A stretch of 64,000 nt of DNA, from the NCBI GenBank assembly GCA_019058445.1, contig JAHPZA010000005.1, positions 32,001 to 96,000 on the forward strand. Direction: 5' to 3'. The notes below the pieces were generated by a model. That model was not told the DNA's origin, ran no database searches, and saw only the letters and a list, made by a program, of their open reading frames with translations. Origin of the DNA: Promethearchaeota archaeon. GTDB taxonomy: Archaea; Asgardarchaeota; Lokiarchaeia; Sigyniarchaeales; SOKP01. Positions 21,802 to 29,790 of this stretch are shown here, piece by piece (position 1 is the stretch's first letter; every line of letters starts with the position of its first letter). Made by a program: the position numbers and the translations under genes.

Positions 21802-23475
21802 TCATAATAAGGTCATCCAGTCAGGATTTATTTGATTCAAAGCTTTTTCAATTTCTTGACGCACGTCCCAATTGTCATCTCCGAGTGCATTTATAAGGGG
21901 ATTTAAAGCTTTTGTATCTCTTATTTCTCCTAGAGCCCTAACAGCGGCAATTCGAATTTTAGGATCGCTATCGTTTAACAGGGAGGTTAGTGGAGTAAGA
22001 TCTCTGAGATTTTCGAGTTTTCCAAGGGAATTTGTAGCCCTAGATTTAATATATACATCGTCATCATTAATACAAGAGATTAAGGGTTCCAATGATTCAT
22101 CAGTTCCAATTTTCGTTAGTAAATTCACTGCCTCTCGCCTTACTTTCCAATCTGAGCTAGTTAAATAGCTTTTCGCACGCTCTATAATTAATTGTCTATT
22201 TTTTGGTTGTTCAAATTTAGAAAGAGCATTAATTGCTCCCTTCCTTACACTTGATTTTTCATCACTTATAAGGGCAAAAAGAGGTTCAATATAATTCTCA
22301 TCTCTAATTGCTCCTATTATTTTGGCACAAAATTTACGAATTTGCCATTCTTTCGTATTTAATCCTTCAAGTACTAATTTATCCACTTTATTATCTGAAA
22401 CTTTTATAATCGCATTATAGGCTAAATTTCTAATTCTTGAATCTTTACTATTAAGCAAGCGTATTAAAATCTGCATCGCATCTGGATCATCTCCCGCACT
22501 TGACAGTAATTTTACCGCTTCCCTTCTCGCAACTAAATTTCTTTTTTGTAATACTTCATAAACTTGCTCGAATGATTGTGAATGGACTAATATCTTATCA
22601 AGTGCTTTAACTGTCTTTGTTCGAATCGCTTCATCTTTATCTTTTAATAATTCCATGAGAGATTGTATACTTCTTTTGCTTCCTATATTGCCCAAAACAC
22701 TTATTGCTGTCTTTCTGACGTCTTGATCTTCATCATTGAGCCTTTTTATAATATGGGATACTCTATTAGAAGGAATAATTTTTTCCAATGCCTTAATTGA
22801 ATTTTTTCTCACAATTGGATTTTTATCATTTAATAATTCGATAAGAGGATTAACTGCTTCTTTATCCCCAATTTTCCCTAGTATAACAGGTATGGCCTTT
22901 TTTATATTTAAATTATCGGAAGAAAGGAAGGGGATTATCTTCTGTATATCTGCCTTTTTTCCTGTCTTTATGATTACCTTAATTAAGATATCTTGAAGTT
23001 CTTCATTACGATATTGCAGAACCTCAATCAACGCTTCTAAAGCATCTACTACACCTTCAAGTGAAATTACGGCTGACTTTTTAACTTCAATATTCGAATC
23101 TCCTAAAGCGTATGTTAAAAATTCAATTGATCCTAATTTATCTGTTGTCCCAAGAGCTTCAATAAGTTTTTTCCTTACGTTCCAATCTTTTTCATTCATG
23201 TATTGAGTTTTTAAAAAATCAGTCCCTTCTTTTTGGTAACCTTCGGATAATAGCTTGATAAGCATAATTTTAGCATCTGAATGAGACTCATTCAAATAGA
23301 TACTTTTAATTTCTTGAAAATGAGAATTATCTTGAACGTGGATTAATTTTTCTATTGCTTTAGTTCTCCTCCCCGGTTCATTTGCGGTTACTATTATTGA
23401 CAAAAGAACTTCAGATGCTTTTTCAGCATCCATATCCTTTACCTTGTCAATAATTAAATCGTCATTAAAACTCAA
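21802..23475 (-). CDS. HEAT-repeat (PBS-lyase HEAT-like) protein
   Basis: Repeated L..LL.D....VR..A..ALG.IG units along the whole length; TTG start after AGGT. Confidence 0.9.
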   Translation of the reverse strand: MSFNDDLIIDKVKDMDAEKASEVLLSIIVTANEPGRRTKAIEKLIHVQDNSHFQEIKSIYLNESHSDAKIMLIKLLSEGYQKEGTDFLKTQYMNEKDWNVRKKLIEALGTTDKLGSIEFLTYALGDSNIEVKKSAVISLEGVVDALEALIEVLQYRNEELQDILIKVIIKTGKKADIQKIIPFLSSDNLNIKKAIPVILGKIGDKEAVNPLIELLNDKNPIVRKNSIKALEKIIPSNRVSHIIKRLNDEDQDVRKTAISVLGNIGSKRSIQSLMELLKDKDEAIRTKTVKALDKILVHSQSFEQVYEVLQKRNLVARREAVKLLSSAGDDPDAMQILIRLLNSKDSRIRNLAYNAIIKVSDNKVDKLVLEGLNTKEWQIRKFCAKIIGAIRDENYIEPLFALISDEKSSVRKGAINALSKFEQPKNRQLIIERAKSYLTSSDWKVRREAVNLLTKIGTDESLEPLISCINDDDVYIKSRATNSLGKLENLRDLTPLTSLLNDSDPKIRIAAVRALGEIRDTKALNPLINALGDDNWDVRQEIEKALNQINPDWMTLL

Positions 23476-23600
23476 TAGTAAAACCTATAAATGAAAATAT
23501 TTAGTTAAACTCAATATATACTCAAGATATTTATGTATTTAGAAAAACATAATAAATTCTAAACTGCAAAAATTTTTGAAAAAACTGGGGTCGAATTGGT

Positions 23601-24230
23601 ATGCTGGGACTTTTTATCATAATTTTCATGATTCTTGTTTTAGATCATATTTTAATAATAATTTTAAGGCGTAAAGAATCTAAAAATAAAATTTTAATAT
23701 ATTTTTGCTCGATTTTGTACGCCAGCGCACTTTTTTTTATCCCCTTTTACGATCCTCTACAATTATCAGGATTTTGGGCTTCTGTAATCTTACAAAATTC
23801 AGAACCTACACTTCCTAGTTTCATTATCGGATTAATTGTAATAAACTGTGGGATATATGGGATACATATATTTTTAATTAGTGCGAATTTAATATGGGCA
23901 GAAAAGTATAGGGGAAGGTTAATTTCTACAAGTCAATTCTCAAAAAGACGTTTTCCTATCTATGTGTCATATCATCTTATTGGTTTATCTTATCTTATTT
24001 TAATGGGATCCATTATTGGAGTAATATTTTTGAGTCTGATGATAATATTCTTGTATTTTGACACCATCAAGATTGAAAAAACAGTTTTAATTCCCCGATT
24101 CAAAGAAGAATATTACAAATATCAAAAACAAGTTCCTAAAAGGATGTATTCCTCCGAACTCCTGTTTATATTGATATTAGAATATATATTATTCGTGATT
24201 GGAATTGTTTTTTCTTTTATCTCAATATAA
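23601..24230 (+). CDS. Membrane protein, ICMT/PEMT (isoprenylcysteine/phospholipid methyltransferase)-like
   Basis: GRLISTSQFSKRRFPIY resembles L.t.G.y...RHP.Y, and EK..L..RFKEEY..YQKQVP resembles the ICMT C-terminal motif. Confidence 0.6.
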   Translation: MLGLFIIIFMILVLDHILIIILRRKESKNKILIYFCSILYASALFFIPFYDPLQLSGFWASVILQNSEPTLPSFIIGLIVINCGIYGIHIFLISANLIWAEKYRGRLISTSQFSKRRFPIYVSYHLIGLSYLILMGSIIGVIFLSLMIIFLYFDTIKIEKTVLIPRFKEEYYKYQKQVPKRMYSSELLFILILEYILFVIGIVFSFISI

Positions 24231-24285
24231 ATTTCTGTAATTATTATAATCTTAATATTTTCAATTATCTTATTAGTAATTTAAG

Positions 24286-24990
24286 ATGGGATTTGAAAGA
24301 TATGAATCAAGGTTTCAAGCAGGAGAAATTTTAGCAGGGGAAATTAAACGCAAAAATGAAGATCTTTATGATTTTATAATAAAAAATCCGAATCAGTTTT
24401 TTTGCTTTGCGATTCCCAATGGAGGTGTGCCTGTGGTAGAAGGGCTCTGTTCTCAGTTTAATACGGGGTATGATATGCTGATTGTGCGAAAAATCAAAAT
24501 ACCCTTTAATACTGAAGCAGGATTTGGTTCAGTTACTACTGATGGAACCGTCTTAATCAATGAGGGATTGCTAAGCCATTTAAATTTGTCAGAAATGGAA
24601 GTGTCCGATTCCATAGAATTGACTAAATCAGAAATTAGGGACCGATTAAAATTTTATGAGAAGGAGGCTAACTTAGAGCAACATTATAAACAACACATTG
24701 AAGGTAAATGTATTTTTATGGTTGATGATGGATTAGCTTCTGGTTTTACCATGCTCGCAGCTATAAAGATGGTAAAAAAATATAGTCCTAAAAAGATTTT
24801 TATAGCCGTTCCAACAAGCCCTTTAAGCTCTGTTCAAAGAGTCTCACCTTATATTGATGAATTATTCTGCCCCAATGTGAGGAATGTATGGAGATTTGCA
24901 GTAGCAGATGCATACAAACACTGGTATGATGTACCTGAATCTGAAGTATTAGAAATTATAAATACTTCGAAATATTACTTAAAAAAATAG
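24286..24990 (+). CDS. Phosphoribosyltransferase-family protein
   Basis: AIPNGGVPV, IVRKI and the PRPP-binding loop MVDDGLASGFT. Confidence 0.88.
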   Translation: MGFERYESRFQAGEILAGEIKRKNEDLYDFIIKNPNQFFCFAIPNGGVPVVEGLCSQFNTGYDMLIVRKIKIPFNTEAGFGSVTTDGTVLINEGLLSHLNLSEMEVSDSIELTKSEIRDRLKFYEKEANLEQHYKQHIEGKCIFMVDDGLASGFTMLAAIKMVKKYSPKKIFIAVPTSPLSSVQRVSPYIDELFCPNVRNVWRFAVADAYKHWYDVPESEVLEIINTSKYYLKK

Positions 24991-25016
24991 AGTTAAGAAA
25001 ATTTGTATAAACTAAG

Positions 25017-26186
25017 ATGAATAGAAGAGAACGGGTACAAAGAGCCTTCCATTTTAATCGCCCTGATAGAGTGCCTTTCCTTGGACTAACCGTACAATCT
25101 GATTTCTATCCTATAGAGCCAGTTTTGCCAATTGCATTTCAACCAGAAAAGTATCCTCCACATCCTAATGGCGGGGATACTACAATTAAGAATGCTGCAT
25201 ATCGAAGAGATGTTTATGATTGGAAACCAGAAATTAGAGAAAAATTAGGCTATTCTGAAAATTGGTGGGAAACTCCTCATGATAGTATTGATGAATTTGG
25301 TGTAATATGGCGGTCATCTGGAACTGAAAGTGGTGACAAAACAAAAGGGCATCCCTATAAAGGGCCCTTTCAAGATGAGGGTACAGGTGAAGGATGGGAT
25401 AATCTTGATAATTATGTATTTCCAGATGCAATGGATCCCAAACGTTATTCAAGGATACAGTCTGGAAGGTGGAAAGAAATCGCAGAAGATCGATACCTTT
25501 TAGGTGTTGTTAATATTAATGGAATGTTTAATAAGTGCAGTCAATTGCGAGGTTTTAGCGAACTTTTAATAGATTTGGTGCGAAATCGATATCCGAAAAG
25601 ATTGGATTTTTTAATTAGTTCCGTTCTCTCATTTACTTTAACTACTATCGAGAAAATGAAAGAATCTTGTAAACCTTTAGATTCTATATTTATTGCAGAT
25701 GATTTCGGAACTCAAAAATCAGCATTTGTAAGCCCAAGAATATTTAAAAAATTCTTTAAGGAACCATACAGAAAAATAGTCAGTTTAACTCATGATTTGG
25801 GTATGGACTTTCTCCTTCATTCCTGCGGTGACGTTCTAGGCCTTATCCCAGAATTTATAGATATAGGTATTGATGCTTTACAATTTGACAGCCCTCACAT
25901 GACTGGAGTTGAAAATTTTAAAAAATTTGCCCAAGAAAGAAAAATGGCATTTTGGCTGAGCTCAAACATACAAAGCACATTTATTAATGGAACGCCTCAG
26001 GATGTTGAAGAGGAAGTGAAATATTACATCAAGGATGTAGGGAATAATGAAGGAGGATTAGGAATCTGTGAATACACTGATTTTGAAGCAATAGAAGCCC
26101 CTAAAAAAAATGTCAGAGCCCAGAGAAAAGCCGTACAAAAATGGGGAAACTATAACGAAAATGGTATTATTGAGTGGTTAGTCTAA
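25017..26186 (+). CDS. Uroporphyrinogen decarboxylase / MtaA-CmuA methyltransferase superfamily protein
   Basis: M..RERV..A.....PDRVP, ADDFGTQ, SPRIFKKF, LHSCG and GTPQDVEEEV. Confidence 0.82.
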   Translation: MNRRERVQRAFHFNRPDRVPFLGLTVQSDFYPIEPVLPIAFQPEKYPPHPNGGDTTIKNAAYRRDVYDWKPEIREKLGYSENWWETPHDSIDEFGVIWRSSGTESGDKTKGHPYKGPFQDEGTGEGWDNLDNYVFPDAMDPKRYSRIQSGRWKEIAEDRYLLGVVNINGMFNKCSQLRGFSELLIDLVRNRYPKRLDFLISSVLSFTLTTIEKMKESCKPLDSIFIADDFGTQKSAFVSPRIFKKFFKEPYRKIVSLTHDLGMDFLLHSCGDVLGLIPEFIDIGIDALQFDSPHMTGVENFKKFAQERKMAFWLSSNIQSTFINGTPQDVEEEVKYYIKDVGNNEGGLGICEYTDFEAIEAPKKNVRAQRKAVQKWGNYNENGIIEWLV

Positions 26187-26286
26187 CCTTATTTTAAAAA
26201 TGGCTTAATTACAATATTTAAGATAGCATATAATTCATTGAAAATTATAAAATCAAAAAAAAGAAAAGTAAAAAAATAGATAATGT

Positions 26287-26553
26287 TTAGGAGCTTACCA
26301 ATCGAAATAATAAGGCGCCATGAGGAATGTAGAATTCGTCTTTTCTCTTTATCACGACGGTATGAAAATACTCCGCCAGTCCGAGAAACCCTCTTATCAC
26401 ACTCTCGTCTTCTTCAAATTTAAATGTTATATTTGATATTGCCGATCCTGTATTAAAGGCGACCTTCTCATAAACACGCTCATCGATTAAGGGAATTTTT
26501 AATTCATTGACGATTTCATAAACTCGCTTAATAAATAATTCTTTTTTAGCCAT
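26287..26553 (-). CDS. Small hypothetical protein (88 aa)
   Basis: Clean ORF with an upstream GTGATGTGA motif before the ATG; no recognised domain. Confidence 0.7.
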   Translation of the reverse strand: MAKKELFIKRVYEIVNELKIPLIDERVYEKVAFNTGSAISNITFKFEEDESVIRGFLGLAEYFHTVVIKRKDEFYIPHGALLFRLVSS

Positions 26554-26828
26554 TCACATCACGATCATGTTGATTGATTTATTCAGAAATTAACAATATT
26601 TGGTTATTCTTATTTCAGAAAATTTTGTTAATTGTATTTTTTGAAAATATCAATTTCTGATATTGTTAATAATAGTATAATAAAATACTTATATTTATAC
26701 TTTAATTATTCGAAGTCTTGACTTTCTGTTTAAATTTGGATAATAAAATCAAAAAAAAAATTTAAAAATAAAAACTATTGAAGTAGAAAAAACCTTTAGG
26801 ATTCTTCTTAAAATTAATATTTATAGGA

Positions 26829-27995
26829 TTAATTAATAGAAATGGGGTACTTTCCATGTTTTAAAATCACTTTAAAGATTGTTGGGATCGAAGCTAACAT
26901 GTGCATAAAGGAGGGAAAACCTTCTGATATACCCATAAGAAAGTTATCTCCAGGAGCGGCATCCTTCAACATTTCCAATGTCTTTTTCTTTACTGCCTTT
27001 TGACCTTGAAGGCATACAGGTTCAGGGAAGTTAGCCCAAATTACTTTATCTTTCCATGACTCTTTAGCTTCATTAATGGGAAGATTTCCTACAGGAGGTG
27101 CCGTGAAACTCTCAATGGCATCAATTCTTGTTTTCGCAATAAGCTCCTTTAAAGCTTTTAACTCGCCATCCATATGTACAACATATAGTTTATCATGTTT
27201 ATGGAAGATATCTGCTACTTCATTATAGAAAGGCAGACTATATTTCTCGAAAAATTTTGGACTAGTAACTAGAGAAGTAACGTTATCAGGACCCCAAATT
27301 ACTTCACAAGGGGATTCTGCTGCAATTTTATAAACCTCCAGTTCTTTTTTATAAATAATTTTGTAAAGCTCATCAAATTCCTTTTGATGCATATAATAAT
27401 CTAAAGCCAATCTTTTCGGTCCCATAAGCATAATTAATGATTGAAGAGGAGATTTTGGAACAAAGGAGGGGACAATCCCAAAATCACCGATAAACATTTG
27501 AAATTCCTCAATTTCATCATAAAAAGGGCTATATTCAGTATCCTCTATAATATATTTTAATACTTCATAATCCTCAAGAGTTTTGAGGAAATATCCATCT
27601 TCTGGAAACCAAGGAAGGTTCGCAGAAAGGTCAAGACTTTCCATTTTTGCTTTTACTGAAAGTTTCCCTCTTGGAGTACTTAAACTTCCGGTTATATCGT
27701 GAGGGGTATTAAATGCTATCATAATATCTACCGGTGACCAAGAAGTTTTATTCCCATAATGATGGTTAATATCCATCTTAGTATTTGGACAAGAAACTTT
27801 ATGTGTCTGAACTGCCAAAGCAGCATGTAATCCAAGCCCTTTGTCTAATAGTTTTCTCCATGGTTGATAAAGAGCTAATCCAGCTAAATATTTTGTTTCC
27901 ACATAGATAGTAAATGGTATCATATCGGGAGGTTCTCGTCGAAGAACTGCCATTATTCTTTCTTTTGCATTCAACTTTTTACCCACCTCATACAA
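26829..27995 (-). CDS. URO-D superfamily putative corrinoid-dependent methyltransferase
   Basis: ERIMAVLRREPPDMIP, SPKFFEKY, VHMDG, IWANFP; overlaps the corrinoid gene by 25 bp. Confidence 0.78.
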   Translation of the reverse strand: MYEVGKKLNAKERIMAVLRREPPDMIPFTIYVETKYLAGLALYQPWRKLLDKGLGLHAALAVQTHKVSCPNTKMDINHHYGNKTSWSPVDIMIAFNTPHDITGSLSTPRGKLSVKAKMESLDLSANLPWFPEDGYFLKTLEDYEVLKYIIEDTEYSPFYDEIEEFQMFIGDFGIVPSFVPKSPLQSLIMLMGPKRLALDYYMHQKEFDELYKIIYKKELEVYKIAAESPCEVIWGPDNVTSLVTSPKFFEKYSLPFYNEVADIFHKHDKLYVVHMDGELKALKELIAKTRIDAIESFTAPPVGNLPINEAKESWKDKVIWANFPEPVCLQGQKAVKKKTLEMLKDAAPGDNFLMGISEGFPSFMHMLASIPTIFKVILKHGKYPISIN

Positions 27996-28618
27996 ATATT
28001 AACACCATCCATCGCATTTTTCGCATAAGCATCTGCTCCGATATCCTTTATAAACTCTTCAGTGACAGGAGCGCCACCAACAATAACTTTTACTTCTTTT
28101 CTTAGATTTGCCTCTACTAAAGCTTTCATTAAATTACCAACTTCAGGTAAAGTCATAGAGACTAAAGCGGATATGGCAACTATATCTGGATTTTCAGCGC
28201 GTATAGCTTCAATAAACCTTTCTGAAGACACATCAACACCTAAATCAATGACCTCAAAACCTTCTGCTTCTAAAAAAGTTATAACCACATTCTTTCCTAT
28301 ATCGTGTAGATCTCCTTTCCCTGTTCCGATTATAACTTTGGCAAGAGCATTTTTATCACCTTTTTCTTTAATTTGAGGTTCAAGTATTTTCATTGTCTCT
28401 TTTATAATTTCACCAGCCATGATAAGTTCAGGAATGAAGAATTCTTCAGCTTCAAATTTATCACTGATAATATTTGCTGCTTTTGCGATTCCTTCTTGAA
28501 TTATCTTATATGGATGCATTCCTTTAGCAATCGCATCTTCACATACTTTCTTGGCCATTTCAATATCCATCTCGATTACCGCTTTTATATACTGACTTAT
28601 ACTATTTTCTTCTGTCAT
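27971..28618 (-). CDS. Corrinoid (cobalamin-binding) methyltransferase protein
   Basis: B12-binding motif GDLHDIGKN, DLGVDV and VIVGGAP, plus an N-terminal cap domain (FFIPELIMAGE). Confidence 0.93.
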   Translation of the reverse strand: MTEENSISQYIKAVIEMDIEMAKKVCEDAIAKGMHPYKIIQEGIAKAANIISDKFEAEEFFIPELIMAGEIIKETMKILEPQIKEKGDKNALAKVIIGTGKGDLHDIGKNVVITFLEAEGFEVIDLGVDVSSERFIEAIRAENPDIVAISALVSMTLPEVGNLMKALVEANLRKEVKVIVGGAPVTEEFIKDIGADAYAKNAMDGVNICMRWVKS

Positions 28619-28733
28619 TTTAATACATTTCTTAATTTCAATTAAAATTGATTTATTTTTATTTGATATTAGTTTCTCATGCTAAAATTAAAATTTTAGA
28701 TTAAATAAAAAATATAAATTTTTATATACATAC

Positions 28734-28787
28734 ACTATAATTTTAATATAGTCAGAAAATACTATAATTTTAATATAGTCAGAAAAT
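28734..28787. promoter_or_regulatory. Perfect 27-bp tandem duplication ACTATAATTTTAATATAGTCAGAAAAT x2, each copy containing the palindrome ACTATA-N7-TATAGT
   Basis: Copies at 28734-28760 and 28761-28787 in the divergent intergenic region between the corrinoid gene and the Pro-rich gene. The repeat is read directly; the regulatory role is inferred. Confidence 0.6.
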
Positions 28788-28849
28788 ATACTAGTAAATA
28801 AATTTAGGATTAATCTATTTTTAAAAATATTAGAGGAATTGATTAAATA

Positions 28850-29623
28850 GTGGTTTCAAAGGAACAGAAGAAGTTAAATCGTGTGATGAATTTTCTAAAA
28901 AAAGGTTTATCCGGTTTAGCAGATGAGTTAGAAGGTACAATTAAAGGAATAAATGAATTCTTAGACTCCCTTCAAAAAGCTCAAAAAGATTTAAAGGGAG
29001 TCGAATCTGAAGAAGAAGTTGTTACTGTAAGCACTTCCTCTACGAAAATTGCTACTCCCAGTCCTGAGACTGCAAAAACTGCAGCTGCAAGTACGTTATT
29101 TAGTTTATTGAGCGGAACTGGAGGTGAAGCAGCTCCAGGCTCCGCACCAGTAGCAGCTGCTGCTTCAGGTGGACTTCCTAAAACGCCTTCAGGCGGTGGA
29201 CCTCCTAAAGCACCTTCAGGCGGTGGGCCTCCAAAGGCACCTCCAGGCGGTGGGCCTCCAAAGGCACCTTCAGGCGGTGGGCCTCCAAAGGCACCATCAG
29301 GCGGTGGGCCTCCAAAGGCACCATCAGGCGGTGGACCTCCAAAGGCACCATCAGGCGGTGGGCCTCCAAAGGCACCATCAAGTGGGTTACCTCCGGCTCC
29401 AAAACTTCCTCCTGCCCCTGGAACAGGCGCCCCTCCTACAGCACCAGGTGGCGTGAAACCGCCAGCTTTTGCAAAAAGAGCAGGACCTCCTGGAGCTCCA
29501 GGAGCACCCCCCGGTGGAGCAGCCCCAGCAGTAGCAGCTCAACCTGGCGGAGGTTTGAGTTCACTTAGAGATGAAATGTTGGATGAATTAAATCGTCTAA
29601 AGAAAATTATGCGTGGAGAATAA
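28850..29623 (+). CDS. Pro/Gly-rich protein with N-terminal coiled coil and C-terminal amphipathic helix (candidate actin regulator)
   Basis: GTG start after GAGGA. Helical N-terminus, 7x GGGPPKAP(S/P), further PPAP/PPGAP tracts, C-terminus SLRDEMLDELNRLKKIMRGE. Confidence 0.85.
   Translation: MVSKEQKKLNRVMNFLKKGLSGLADELEGTIKGINEFLDSLQKAQKDLKGVESEEEVVTVSTSSTKIATPSPETAKTAAASTLFSLLSGTGGEAAPGSAPVAAAASGGLPKTPSGGGPPKAPSGGGPPKAPPGGGPPKAPSGGGPPKAPSGGGPPKAPSGGGPPKAPSGGGPPKAPSSGLPPAPKLPPAPGTGAPPTAPGGVKPPAFAKRAGPPGAPGAPPGGAAPAVAAQPGGGLSSLRDEMLDELNRLKKIMRGE
29192..29380 (+). repeat. Coding minisatellite, 7 x 27 bp (GGCGGTGGRCCTCCWAARGCACCWYCA), plus a degenerate unit at 29165-29191
   Basis: Read directly; encodes GGGPPKAPS repeats with synonymous variation between units. 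Confidence 0.95.
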
Positions 29624-29790
29624 GAGTTTTAACAAAACATTACTTTCTTTTCCTATATCTGTTCAATTTTATTGTTACAATATATAAAGTATTTTAAATT
29701 CAATTTCTTTGTATAAAATTAAATAGAAAAATATGAATTATATAATCAAAGTACATTTTTATTTTAAATAGATTTAAGTGATTAAATTTT

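Noticed and set aside
29192-29380. 27-bp repeats as a CRISPR array
   Set aside because: Units are contiguous with no spacers, lie in frame within a CDS, and no cas genes are present.
28734-29380. Same 27-bp period in the upstream duplication and the coding minisatellite
   Set aside because: The sequences are unrelated (AT-rich versus GC-rich); treated as coincidence.
29169-29456. Repetitive alternative-frame ORFs 29169-29456 (+) and 29205-29402 (-)
   Set aside because: By-products of the 27-bp in-frame minisatellite, which has no stops in those frames; no independent coding evidence.
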